DNA of 64,000 bases from positions 1,054,001 through 1,118,000 of the forward strand of contig JAKIMF020000004.1 in NCBI GenBank assembly GCA_022605425.2, read 5' to 3'. Position numbers and translations under genes: made by a program. The notes under the pieces are model-generated. The model was given only the letters and a program-made list of their open reading frames with translations, made no database searches and was not told the origin of the DNA. This document shows positions 40,201 to 53,446 of the stretch, piece by piece (positions within the stretch are counted from its first letter, which is position 1; each line of letters starts with the position of its first letter). This DNA is from Hamiltosporidium tvaerminnensis FI-OER-3-3. Taxonomy: Eukaryota > Fungi > Microsporidia.

Positions 40201-42426
40201 TGCGAAGCCCTAGAACTAAAAGTATAAAAATTCTAACCAAAATTGTTTAAATCCAACCGAGGGGAATCACAAGTTTATTACACCACGTTAGTTGAATTTG
40301 GATAAGGCTTGGGGGTTAAAATTGATACCGCAGCCTCGATCATGACGAAAAAATTGACCTTGTACGTAGGCTTTCACCCAGGCACAATAAATATACTTAT
40401 TATATATATGCGTATGAATCTCTTTTTTTCTCAATGAAGTATTCAATCACGAACTTTAATTTCATAATTTCAAGTCTTTATCTACATTAGATTTTTTTTC
40501 AGTATTTTTACTACATTGACGGAGAATAATTAAAAATTTTTAGAATTCATTCGGATTCTGCTTTAAATTTTATAAATTTGTTGTCAATAATATCTTTCTA
40601 TTGCATTTTTCCATCTGCTTGTAATCTGTAAAAGGTAAATATGTAATTTTATTCTAGCGGATAACAAAGATAAATGTCTTTTGCAGGAATATTCTGCGAG
40701 ATATATTCATTATCTTTATAATGATTCAGCGAATTCAATAATTAATTTTTTTATATTACAAAAAGAAAGATTTTTTCAATTTTGCAATTTCCGCAAATTC
40801 GTTTTTGCGACAGTACAAAAACATCGAATTTTGCAAATAATATCATCAAATTGAAATTACGGCAAGTGTGAATATATAAATTAGTGCAACTCGGCTTATC
40901 AGTAGCCTTTTACTTAGGGGAGCAACATGAGTCGAAGATCATCCACAACAGGTTTGTAAATCATTTTTCAATGAATTTTTTAACTTATAGAATTTTATTT
41001 GAAAAATTGAATGAAAAGGTAAAAAAATTTATTTTTTTTTGCAAAAAGATACCGATATCTAATTTTCGACTTGGAATGCTACGTGTCAAGCGATAATTTA
41101 GTGGTTTATAGCATATTTTGAATTTGTGCCGCACCAAAAGATATTTCTCTAGTTTCTTCATCATTAAGAGAGTTCTTAGACTTAAATTATTAATAATATG
41201 TTTTTGCAACTAACTTCCTGTGAATCAGCTGCTTTCATTAATAATATGCACGTCTTTATCTCAGATCGTAAATCAAATAAATTTTGTTTTCATACCAATT
41301 GTAAATTCCGTCTCGTGCTATTCTAGATATTTAATAAACCATTATCCGCCTGCTTATTAAGCAGATAATTTTTGCTGTTTTTTTTGTATAAAGTCAATTA
41401 GGTCATATAAATATTTTATAACAAATTTTAATCCAAAAAGTCAAAAGTTTAATAGTGTCTTTTTTAGATAAATTGATATTCTAACGCCACAACAAATATT
41501 TAAATAACGTTAATGGAAATATTTAGAAAAAAAAATTCATGAACTCTAATATTATTCAAGAACTCTTATTAAGAATGTAAATAATATTCCTAATTTAAGC
41601 TCTTATTTACCTTGGCTTTGATATAACTACTGTTTTTTTGTACTTTCAAGAAATAAATATCAATTTAAAAAATATTTATTTTTCTAAAATCTTTTCATCG
41701 GTGTCAAATAACCAAATTTGTTTTTTAAAAAATGATAGAAGATTTTTTAAACACATTTTGAAAATATAGACTCTAATTGACTCAATAAAGAGTAAAGTAA
41801 TAATTTGTATATGAAAATATACTTTACCTTAGTAATCAAATTAAAATAAAATAAATTTTTCGAACATCGCTTAGATGATTTTGCATATTAATATTACGTA
41901 AATAATATGTAGAAATGTCATTTAGAAGTCATTATATCATTGATTGAATTTTTTTATAGGAATCAATTGAGAGAATTGAACCAATCGAATTTATTGTGTA
42001 CTTTAATTGCAACCGAGTAAAGTTCGAGATTGATTTTTTAATATTTTAATAAGATATTAGTGAATTTAAATCGAGACAATATCATAAAGATTATTTTCTA
42101 ATAATTCTTTTTTTTAAATAAAAGATTAATTTTTTTGTCTCCTTAACAATCGGAATATTAATATAAAATTTCTCTTTCTTAAAATTCTAATATTATCAAA
42201 TATTTATTTTATGACAATAAATTCTAATATATTTTGAACTTTCAGTTTCGAATTTTTTAGAAACACTAAGAGACAAGGTATTTATTTCATAAAAAGGATG
42301 CTAAGGCAATATAAAACGTGTTTAAACCTTTATATTTAGATATGATAGAAAATAACTTTAATACTAACCCACCGAAACCACAATCTCTTACTATCCGTAT
42401 TCGAACTTATATAAAAATATACCAAA

Positions 42427-43002
42427 TTAAGGTGCGGTTAGAATGTCTGATAATCCGGAAGAAGAATCACTTTCTCCGGAAATTTCCGAATTCTCTGGAC
42501 TTGCTAAGGGATTGAGAAAAGCCGAATAAGCTTCTAGCTCAGGATAAATCTTCGAGGCTGTATGTCTTTTATATATTCTGCGCTTTGGGAGCTTGCCCAA
42601 CAAAGATCCCGAATCTTGTGTTTTTATATTAGTAACTAAGGCTTGATTTGGCACATTTTCCAAATATTCGTCTGCCTCACTGCTCATTTCATCTGATTTT
42701 TCTGAAATTTCATCTTTATGTTCAATTTTATCAATTAAATTGTCATCTATCTCCTCACATGATTCATCTGGATTCCCTTTTAATGTAACAGCACATACAC
42801 TTTTCGAATATTCATTTGATGTAGCAGATGTGAACAGCAAAGCTTGGGTACAACTGATCATTTCTCGTTGAGCGTTCGAACTTTCTATAAGATTTGTATC
42901 GTAAGGAGAGCAGCAAATAGAATCCAATTCATCTATAGCACACTTGAAGCATATTAATTGCAATATTAGAATTATTCGTTTTGCGATTGCAGCAAATTTC
43001 AT
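42427..43002 (-). CDS. Putative secreted acidic/Ser-rich protein (distant family 2 member)
   Basis: 191-aa ORF with a signal-peptide-like N-terminus and start context gcagaccATGAAATT. YSAFLNP..S.ENSE.S resembles YSNFLNY..LSEDSD.S of the 19.2-19.9 kb gene. Confidence 0.82.
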   Translation of the reverse strand: MKFAAIAKRIILILQLICFKCAIDELDSICCSPYDTNLIESSNAQREMISCTQALLFTSATSNEYSKSVCAVTLKGNPDESCEEIDDNLIDKIEHKDEISEKSDEMSSEADEYLENVPNQALVTNIKTQDSGSLLGKLPKRRIYKRHTASKIYPELEAYSAFLNPLASPENSEISGESDSSSGLSDILTAP

Positions 43003-46000
43003 GGTCTGCTAACATTTATAATATATATAGATTCTAATTTGTCCTTAAATAGACATATAATATAATAAAAGTATTTTTAACTTCTCTTTTAGATATAAAT
43101 TAAAAAATTAATATCAGCACAATTTATTTAATTAAAAAAAAACTTTTTTTACTGATAAAAATAAATGACCTACAATATTAATATTTTATAGTTGCTTTAA
43201 ATATTTTTTCTAAATGCATTCTCTTTATAAAAATGTATATGCCCGAGTACAATACTATAATTTACGGAGGTAATGGTGGCCCTATTTGTTTTAGAATAAA
43301 AAAAATTTTATTTGAATTCAACATTATTTGCAGGTAATATAGTATTTTCTTCTCCTAAAAATTAATTTAGCAAATATTTAATTAATCTAATAAAAAAAGG
43401 TTTTTTTTGTGATTATCAAAATCGATTCCTCAAATTTCATTCTATTATAGAAAAGACTTTTAAGAAAACTAAAAAATTTTTAAGGTAGAAACTAAAAATA
43501 CAGTATTCTTACTTAATATTAGAGATATACCCGCTGATTAGTATCAAAAAGTTTTATTTTGCTGATTTATCCTGTTCTTTCGCAGAATTTGCACGAAATA
43601 ATTAAGATTGTTGAAGAATAACAATCTAATTATTTTTTAATAAGCAAATATTTTATTATAAATGCGGGAAATCGGTTTGCACGTGCTTCGTGGAGATATA
43701 CTCTAAATATTGTATATTACGGGTTCCGATACACATCGAAACATTGCGAGAAACAAAATCACAGATTCATCAGTACAAACTTAAAGAAAAATTAAAAACT
43801 TGTTTAAAACATTTATAAAACTTCTTATTGCTTTTCATGATCGCTCTGTTCTTTCCGTAAAATAAGGGCAAATACCGAAGGAGAAAATTTCGACACATTT
43901 CTTCAAACACACACTCGTAAGATAACAGTATAAAATTAAGCTTTTTTCTGAATATATTCTCATAACTAAAAGTAAAATATACCGCAAAATGTGATTTTGT
44001 ATTGAATTCCAATCGCAGATACAACCCTTTAGTTAGTTTTATGACGCTATTTTTATGGTTTTGGAAATAAAAAGGATGCTAAACGAAGTAAATTGAAACT
44101 TTATATCCGCTAGCATGCGCATAACTTATAATAATTCGAGTAAATATAAGTAACTTGGTTTAAGAAAGGCTTAAATGTGGTTCAAGGATTATATTTTTGC
44201 ATTTTAAAAAACCCGAAAACCACTTTTATGATCATTTTTACTTACCAACATATTTTCTTTACTCGTGTAACAGATGATAATACTTTGAGTTTCAGAACTT
44301 TAATCGATAGATATAAAATCACATATGTGCCTCAAATCTGCTCACTATTTCTCATACACACATACGTATAAATGTTTATAACAAAGATGAGTCGATTACA
44401 CGCTCTATGAGAGGATACCTTTTACTGTACCATGAAAAATACTAGAATGTCTTGGGGTACAATGAACTGGATTAAAAAATGCTACAAATCGACAAATTGC
44501 ATATTATTTAGTAACTCTAGAACGAAAACTCGTTTTAGAAGGTGCAAAAGGTAGACTTGATAATAGAACTTCGCGAATTTCAAGCATAAATCGTATCGTG
44601 GTCTTTGAGGCAAATTTTTTTCGTGTTTAGGCTATTTACATGCGCTAGAAATCTCAACTGGTTTAAGGCAAGACTAATCACATGATAAGCGCAAAAAAAA
44701 TGAATTTTACAAAATTCAAAATTAATACTTGTATTTCTACGAAAAAGTCAACTCTGACACATGTATAAAACAGACGAAGTTAAAAATATAATGGGAATGA
44801 GATAACTGGTGGCTTTCGTGTATCTTTTAGAGTTTTTGCCATGTGCAAACACCAAGAAAACTACGCCGTAACGCATTGCAAAAAGAAAATAAGCAAGAAG
44901 TTTATGGATTCTTAGTTCAAGCGCTAGGTATAACGCTGCTAACAAAAATCCTTTAAGCAAAATAAATGACGACATAAAGCACTAAAAAAATCCTTTTTCT
45001 GATTATTTCATCATAAGAAGCTTCTTATTCTGCGCTTCAGCCAATTTTAGAACATTTCATATTGTAGATAAATAATGCAGCTATATAATAAGCTATATGA
45101 ATTTCGAAGGATTCTTGCGTCTTTAACCCTTTTTATTGCATTTAAATGACATTTTTTTAAAAAAAAACCGTAAATGATTGATCATGAATTTTAAATATTA
45201 CGTATGGTTTTTTTTAAGCTTGTTCGAATAATTTTAATAATTTTTTGTCTTTGTATAAATAATTTAAGCAAAATTTTTAATAAAAATTCAATGTTTATAA
45301 CCATCATGTATTTATATATACTAAGGCTCAAAGGCAGTTTCTGTTTATAATATGATTTGCCCTATCAATGGTTTTTTAAAGTAGGAATTTTAGTTAAGCA
45401 GAAATATTTTAATGTGTAAAAACATGAAAATATACAATTTTGCATAGTCAAAACAAAGGATTATATATTATTTTATTACACCTAAATTTTTCATTTATGG
45501 TTGAACGCATTGCAAAAATAACTGAAACCGCTCCGACATAATTAGTAAAACAAAGAAAATTCCGCAAAAAACAAATCAATTTTGGGCAAGATTAGAATGG
45601 ACTGGATTTTTTGTCAAAAACTAATAAAGAGAAGCTTGTGAAGGAAAGCCATGATTTTACTTGATTGTGGTCAAAGACTTTACGCTTAAGAAAAAAACTA
45701 AAGATTCCATGTCAAATATTTTTCATTTTTTAATAATATAATACCTGACATTGAAATACTTTGTGAAAATTGCAAATTATTATTTAAATTATATCACTAT
45801 TGCAACCAACAGAATATTGTATTTTCATCGATTCCATGACAAATAATTTCAATATTTTTTTGGATCTTCGTTAATGATTCTCTAAATTCTTTTAAATTTT
45901 AATAAAAAATTGTTTATTCGTTTTTAATAAATCTTTGTTATTTATCAAATATGCTTAATAAACCATAAGTTTTCATCATAATTTATCATATTTAGATACT

Positions 46001-46384
46001 TAAATGTCTTTTTTTGTCAAATATATTAATTTTCTCAAAAAAATCATCACACTACAATATTTTAGTTCCTTTTTTGTTATAATTTTTACGGATTTTCAAT
46101 AAACTTTTCATGATATGCTGCATATTCGTTGTAAATCAAAAAAAAATTGTTTTTATTGTATTAACGTTCAAATGAAGTTTATTTACAGAAATAAAGACAT
46201 TTAAAGGAGCAATATTTAGTACTTAGGGGGTTTTAAAAATATTTGTTCTATTTTTGTTTATTTATATAATCAAAGGATATCATAAAGCTATACAATTTTT
46301 AGAAATCATTATAATTAAAAATTGTTACAAATATCTTTAAGAGCTAGTGAAAAAATCTATCTAATATGAATCGATATTCTATAT

Positions 46385-46608
46385 ATCATCATCATCCTTG
46401 GCCATAACCCTGTACACAAGCCTTGATCGCGTTCAGTAAAGCCTCAGCCGGTATTTTTCCAGTGGGTTTGTTTACATTTTCTGGTTTCGTAATAAGTGGT
46501 TTTAAAGGATGGATTGTTATTCTACGCCTGACCTAAAAGACCGATTACCTTTAGTAGCCTCTTACGATAAGCAGTGAATACTCCAAGCCAATTCTGCTCC
46601 CGGCATAG
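46385..46608 (-). mobile_element. Family C bipartite non-autonomous RTE-derived element
   Basis: Homologous to 24441-24664 (aagccaattctgctc.cggcat, cctctta.ga.aagcag, cacaagccttg) and ends in a (TGA)n tail. Confidence 0.8.
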
Positions 46609-47812
46609 TTAAGGAAAATTTAAATATTATAGTTCGGCATATTCTTTTGAAAATTTCGATAACATTGATTCTTCGAATATATTTCCGAACAACAATATTC
46701 TCGTTACTATGTATAGCGAAGTTTACATCAAGCCTTTATTTCGGTTCCCAATTGATACTCTGTTTATCCTATAGATTCGATATGGATCATATGGCCGACT
46801 ATTCAAGATTTGAAGAATTATCAATGCTAAAATACTACCAAACATAGGCAAGGAATCAAATATCTTGATTGTGTATTTACTCTAGATTGGAACGATCCAA
46901 TGTCAAAAATTTAGAATATAATTATCCTTGACTGATTATAAAGATATATATATTTGTATGAAACTTTAAAATATTTTTTGATTCATTGCAAAAAAAATAA
47001 TTTTTTATCAAAATTTATTTGTATAAAATTCATATTAAACTACTATAAAGTATTCTAACTGTTTGAGAAATTCAATGGAATCTAAAATTTGCTTTTTTAA
47101 ATACAAAAACAAAGTCTTGCGGATATTTAAATTCCCAAAAAAAATAAATATATAGATCATTTTTTACTTTAAATGCAGAACCTTTTCTATTGAGTTTAGA
47201 TAATTCTTATGATGAGCATACAAAAAAAATTGTATCCAATGTATGAAAGACATAAACTCAACTAAAAATATGTTGCTTAAGTTATAAATTTTTTTGATAC
47301 ATTAAGTTGGTTGGTTTGTATAACCAATCTTAATATTAAAAATATACCAAATTTTCTGAAATATATCGAAGCTTTCGAAATAATTTGATTATGATAAATA
47401 TTGATTTTTTGCCTGATTCATTACAAAATCTTATTGGGATAATGACCAATTAACAAACATTCATTCTATAATAAAAGATAATCAGTAGTTTTAAAGTAAT
47501 TTTTTCTCGATATTTTTTGATCGTTAATAATTGATACAAAACATCTTAAATCTTTTTTTAATTCAGATCAATAAGTTAAAATCCGAATATTTTAACATGA
47601 ATCAATAAAACTACAAGTATGTTGAATTTAATTAATTTGATGAAAAAAAAGGACAAATAAGATTAAAATATGGTTTTCGTCAGAAAGAGCTACCAATCAA
47701 GAATTAAGTAACAGTAAATGCATTATAAGGAGTTATATGATTGTTTTTTTGTTGGTTTCATCTAATTAACCAAAAATATAAATATTCAAAATCTGATAAG
47801 AACTCATTTAGA

Positions 47813-48550
47813 ATGAAAATTGAAAGAAGAACATTGCTACTTTTGATGATTAGTGTAATTATTTCACTTCTTATTTTGATAGCATGCATTATCGCAAGAA
47901 ATAAAAGTGAAAATATAACTGTAATATTCAAAAAAGAATACAGAAAATCTTCTGAATCATTCGAATTTAACCTTCTTGCAGAAGCCCTAAAAGTTCATAA
48001 AGTATCTGCTTTTATTCAGAAAGGTTTTTCGAAAAAATCTTTTGGTGTTATATATTTTGATAATGATGAGGCTAAGAACAAAGAAATTATAGATAAGTTA
48101 TTAAAATCATTAGATTCCAAAGATAAAAAAAGTTTCCCTGTCTTTAATCACGCGAGAATGCTTTTTGGCTGTGAAGATATAGATTCTGTTAGCTTTTCAA
48201 AGATTTTTGGTAATATTAGTGTGCTCACCAGGGTAGGTTTTTGGTTAAAAGAAGATCCAATTTTAAAAACTCTACGGGAAATAACAGAATTCATTGAAAA
48301 TAATATGTCGAAAATCAGTGATAACGGTTAGAAATATATATTTATTTGTACACCAGATGACAAAACCGTTAAATTATATGACCTTGCTTTCCCTGGTTCC
48401 GGCGGATATGGTTTTGGTCCTTCAAAAGAATTCAAATTTGAACTTGACAACGCCATGAATAGCAACGCATATAAATATGTTTCTTTTCTGATTGAGAAAA
48501 TAACTGATATGAAATCACAAAAACCCAAAAACGATGATAAAAAAGAGTAA
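47813..48550 (+). CDS. Family 3 membrane-anchored protein with an in-frame TAG at 48329-48331
   Basis: After the TAG the same frame continues KYIFICTPDDKTVKLYDLAF...GFGPSKEFKFE...AYKYVSFLIEKIT to a TAA at 48548-48550, aligning without gaps to the C-terminus of 24988-25716. Confidence 0.85.
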
Positions 48551-49060
48551 ATCGATTAAAATTGAATTTATTTCATCATATATTTTTATAAATGATTATT
48601 TTTTATATCTTTTCTGCATTATATCAAAAAAATACGCAAACTATTACTTTTAATAGTTCAAGAATTTTTTTTTTACTACTTGTCAATGATACAGAGATAT
48701 AAAAATTAAACAAAAAATTTAAATCGCAAAAAAATTACCGTTAAAAAGTTATAAATAAATGAATAGATTCCGAGAGACATCTAAATTTCGTTGCCGAAAT
48801 GAATATATCATCATATTAAAATTTTATTGTTTTACTACTGAGGTATTCCAATCAGCTATTTTATACATTAAAAACATTCTGATATATTCGACTTGTCGAA
48901 TATAATTTAAGACTAAACTTTTTTATGGCCTTATATTCGAGGACTCATGTAGTTACTTATTTATCAAGTTTCAACTTTATACTTCGAAATTGACTATGAC
49001 AGACCAAAGTTCTTTTGTAGCAATCATTTGGAATTTTATATTTTAATAGCAAAAAACAGA

Positions 49061-49255
49061 TGAGAGAAGTATAACCACATTAAAAACAATCTGCTTGGAA
49101 ACGAGTGTGTAAATTTGTCTAGAAATCATTGCTGCCCTTGTAATGGGATATAAACAAAATTGGATCTAAAGGCTTATCCCATAAAACCCCAGTTTACAAA
49201 AGATGAAAAGAAATAGATGGGAAAGTGGCATGGAAAATGTACGATAGTAAGTAAC
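49061..49255 (+). mobile_element. SINE-like family B copy (degenerate)
   Basis: Head ataaccacattaaaaacaatctgcttggaaacgagtgtgt; ends in tagtaagtaa. Confidence 0.6.
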
Positions 49256-50143
49256 ATAAAACACCGGACCATGATGCTTTTGACAATTTATACTAGCACA
49301 ACATACTATCAAAGGAGGTTTGGTGTAAACATAGTATTGCTAAAAAAAATTGATTACCAATGACCTAGCAAGAAAAAATAATCTTAAATCAATGTAATAT
49401 AGTTACAAAAACAAAGTATTCTATAATTTAATTATCAAATCCTATAATCTTTCAAATAGAGACTAGCGATTATCCGAGATTGACTAAGTAAAAGTGTGAT
49501 ATTTAATTTAAGAAAAATTGATAGTCTAAATATAAAGGTTTACAAGAATCGATAAATACCTGAACGGAGTATGTTATGTTCCCATTCGAAAAAAATACAA
49601 ATTTAGACTCTATTTAATAACAATAACAAATATAGAAGACATATATGAGTTAAATTTAAATTAAGGCAGATTTTTTCTACAAGAAGCTAGCATGTGTTGG
49701 GAAATTATACATGAAATTGTTATAATAAATTAAAGGAATTTTCATAATATTCGAAACATCTCGCAGGAGGTTATTTGTCGAATTTAAAGCTTAAAAGAAA
49801 ATGTTCTGCATATAAATTGAAAGAATATGTAAAAAAATTTTCGTTTATCAAATAAAATGTAAATCCGGATTCCGAAGTTGAAATTTATCTATTTTGTTAA
49901 GAGTAAATGATTTTTAGCGGATTCATATCTAGATCATTGCCCTAATTTGTAACAAATTTTCCAAAAAGGTAAAATGATACATTTAATCATTTTTTATTCA
50001 AAGTTATGTGCTTTTTTTTTATTCTTAAGTTAAAAAATATCATTTACTTATGTAATTACTCATAATATTTGTTACAGATATGTTAAAAACCCGTAATTTT
50101 TTATTGACACGTTTTAAATAATTTCATCAATTTTTCATTCTGC

Positions 50144-50368
50144 TGGAGAGAAGATAAACACGTTTAAAACTATCAAATTGTCAATGAGTGTGTGAAATTG
50201 ATATGAAAATCATTGTTGAGATTTTGGTTGGGTATACACGACATTGGATCTATAGGCCGATCTCCTAAATCCCGAGTAACAACAGATTAAAAGAACCAAT
50301 TGGAAAATTTCTAGTTGTTCATCCTCGACACCTAGAGGTAAAAGAGGAATTTAATAAGTAAGTATGTA
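50144..50368 (+). mobile_element. SINE-like family B copy (family-A head plus RTE 3' tail)
   Basis: Head tggagagaagataaacac...caatgagtgtgtgaaattg. The tail ttcatcctcgacacctagaggtaaaagagg...aataagtaagta matches the RTE end at 36615-36665. Confidence 0.78.
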
Positions 50369-52557
50369 ATTTTTGATTTGTAAATACAATTTTTCTGATT
50401 AAATATATAGCTTTTTTTACACAAACATACGAATATTGGGATCGCACAGACAAATTAAAGAAAATGGTATGAAACGATGGGATATAATTGGATTTCGCTT
50501 CTATAGCATATCAATTCTATAAATCATAATGTATTATGATGATTTCATTTCGTTTAAAATATTTTAATTCTATAAAAGTTGTAAACTCGTGTTTAATCAA
50601 AATCCGGGTTCTAAAAAATTACACCAAGAATCGTTTCAAAAGAATTCTGGAAACAATGAAAAAATTTTGCGTTAAAAAACAAACCATAATAAATACTTTT
50701 AGATAAAAATGAAAATGAAACAATCGAATGTGAACTAATCCATTTAAGTGTTTATGTTATTGTTCATTGTCTGCTATATAAAGAAATAATTAGATAGCAT
50801 ATATAATTCGCACAAACACTTTTATTTTTCTTAAAACCAATAAAAATTTGTTGTATATATAAAACTACTCAAAAAACTAATAAATATAATTATAATTTAC
50901 TTTAATCATTAAATTCCTTTTGATTTCTTCGATAGTTTTTCGTAAACAGATTTGAAATATTGAAACCAATTGTAATACAAGTGAAAAAAATGTTATATAA
51001 TCAGAAATAGACTTTTTACATTTCAATAAAAGGCCTTAATTTATTTGTGAATTTCCAGTAATTTAAGAAAAAAATAAATTATTTACTACCAAGATACACG
51101 TGAAATTTATAATAATGAATTAAGAAATAAATCTAGTCATATATCTATTTATTTTTAATGTTTTTAAACATTTTTTAAGTAACTATGACACGAAAATAAA
51201 ATATAGCGAAAAAATGTACAAAGTTCATTTCAAAAGAAGTCTTTTTTATATTTTTAAAAATTAAATGAGATTATACTACAAAAATTATTGTTATATATAA
51301 GCTACAAACCCGCGACGCGCCTTTTTTATACTTTATATAGCTACTTTGACACAAAAGGCAGGATTCTTTCTAAAAAAAATCTGTTATCTGAATAAACCCT
51401 AAATGAAATTATAAATTAAATTGACTAAAATTTTTTTTCTTAGATATACACTTGATAAAAGTGTGCGCCATTTTGATTTGTCTAGATATAAATGTAAACA
51501 ACAAAATCAAAGAGCATCTATTCTTGATGATGGAATATATCATTCTTAATTTTATGATAATAGGCTAAGTCCGAGTTTAATATGACCTATACTCGAACTA
51601 AAAAAATATAATTTATTTGGATTTAAATACCATCTATTTTACACAGAATAAAATTTATTGACTACATGAAGCTGATCTTATAATAATACCAAGTATATTG
51701 AGCAGTTTTTCGATTAACAGTGCCGTCAAAACCCGATGCTTTTTTACTGTAACTTTGCAATATTCTTCAATAAAATCTATTTGAAGATCAAAAATCATAT
51801 TTCAATATTCTGATTGGCTTTCTGATAATTTTGATTAATGTGTTTCGAATCACTGCAAAAATATTACTAACAGGAAGCCATAAAAAACAAATTAAGAATC
51901 TACAAACTCTTTTTTAACTTTCAAGATATTATATCATATTAGTTTAAATTAAATTAAATTAATAAACTTTTGTTATAAAGAATTTATAAATATGCGTGGA
52001 AAATAAAACATAGAAATGTGCCTATGAGTTAGACTGATAAATCTATTCATCGATATAAAAACAATTCACAATTATAATAATTTTTAAATTAATAGTAGAG
52101 GAATGTTTTTTTGTCGAATTTTAGATAATAAAAATTTAAGAAGTAGCCAATGAATGCTAATATGATCTATCAAATTATGTAATAAACAAGAATAATTATA
52201 TTTTTGGTAGCTGAGAATCCTAATCAAAAATTGCAAGCTATAGCATAGTAATTACAATTCATAATCAAAATTCTTTTATATAAAAAATCAATAGTACTTG
52301 AATATGCTAAATCTGATTTTTTTTCTAGTTATCTGGATTATACATAAGTAAATATACAAATGATAATATAAAGATAATCATTTCCTTTCATCAAAAAGTT
52401 TAAATAGATAAACCAGTATTAATTTATTATATGGCACAAAAATAATAAATAGAAACCGAAAAAACTTTTATATAAAACTATATTAATAAGTCAAAAAAAG
52501 AAAGAGTAAAAAAAATAGAAAGGGCGTAAAAAACATTAATGAAATTCCAAAAACCAA

Positions 52558-53277
52558 CTTTATTTAAAAGTATCACATCTTTTTAAAATAGTGGCAAGTG
52601 TTATATTTGTTTTCATGACATTAACGCAGTTCTAGGTTTAACATAAATAAATGTTACCCCAAAAGTAACCCCTGCGATACCTAAATCCCAAAGCCTTTCA
52701 TCTACCAAGTATGTAGAACCTAATTAATAGGCGAGGCAGTGGCCCGGAGTTCGTTAATGTCCATTGCATGGAGTGTGATCGAAGGCCGAAGCCCCCCCTA
52801 GGCTCCCCCAAGACTATGCATCATTCCCACTTACTCTACACTTTCTGAACCCAATAAACTTCTAGCTAAGATATATTTCAGAGACTTACATGGGGTCCAC
52901 CTAAACAGTGCAATGTCATACCAACAGGTATAACTTGCTACTTAGCTCTCCCAGTTTTAAATGGTTTTTATTTTTATATCTCCCAGGCGCTAAGTCTTCT
53001 AACTCCAGTGAACAAAGCTAGGTTTCCATGCTTTTACATGGCAATTACCTACAATTTCAGCTGCAGTCAGCAATCTGGTTACATAAAAAACTACAAATAA
53101 ATTTGTAGAAAAGTTTCTCCATTTCTTAGACCTCTCCTCCTCATAACAACTCCTAAAGAACAACCGAAGATGTAGTGTGGTTTTATTCCCACCAAAAATG
53201 CAAACAATGATCTAACACCAGTTCCATACACTCATTGCCAAGCAGAAAGTTTTTTATGTGGTTATCCTCCCTCCACT
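52558..53277 (-). mobile_element. SINE-like family A copy (young, 720 bp) with a 13-bp TSD
   Basis: TTCCAAAAACCAA at 52545-52557 and 53278-53290. No TIRs, LTR structure or ORF. Confidence 0.93.
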
Positions 53278-53446
53278 TTCCAAAAACCAATATTTATTAA
53301 GTATGAATAAATATAATCTCAGTATAAATGGTATCTAGTTTTTTATTATTTTTTTAAAAATTTTTAAAATTTAGAAAGAATTCCAACCCGGTTAATTTTT
53401 TTACTATTTTCATTATAAAATATTTTTTAAACAAGAAATTGATACT

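Noticed and set aside
11231-48331. Stop-codon reassignment (TAA/TAG read as sense) to explain the in-frame stops
   Set aside because: CLF1, the CHMP7-like gene and the 24988 gene have no internal TAA/TAG and end in TAA or TAG. The two stops also align with different residues (Pro and Phe).
52960-53277. Family A as a decayed protein-coding gene (WREDNHIKNFLLGNEC...)
   Set aside because: Some differences look synonymous, but young copies share stops and frame-breaking indels, and I recognise no domain. An RNAcode test on many copies would settle it.
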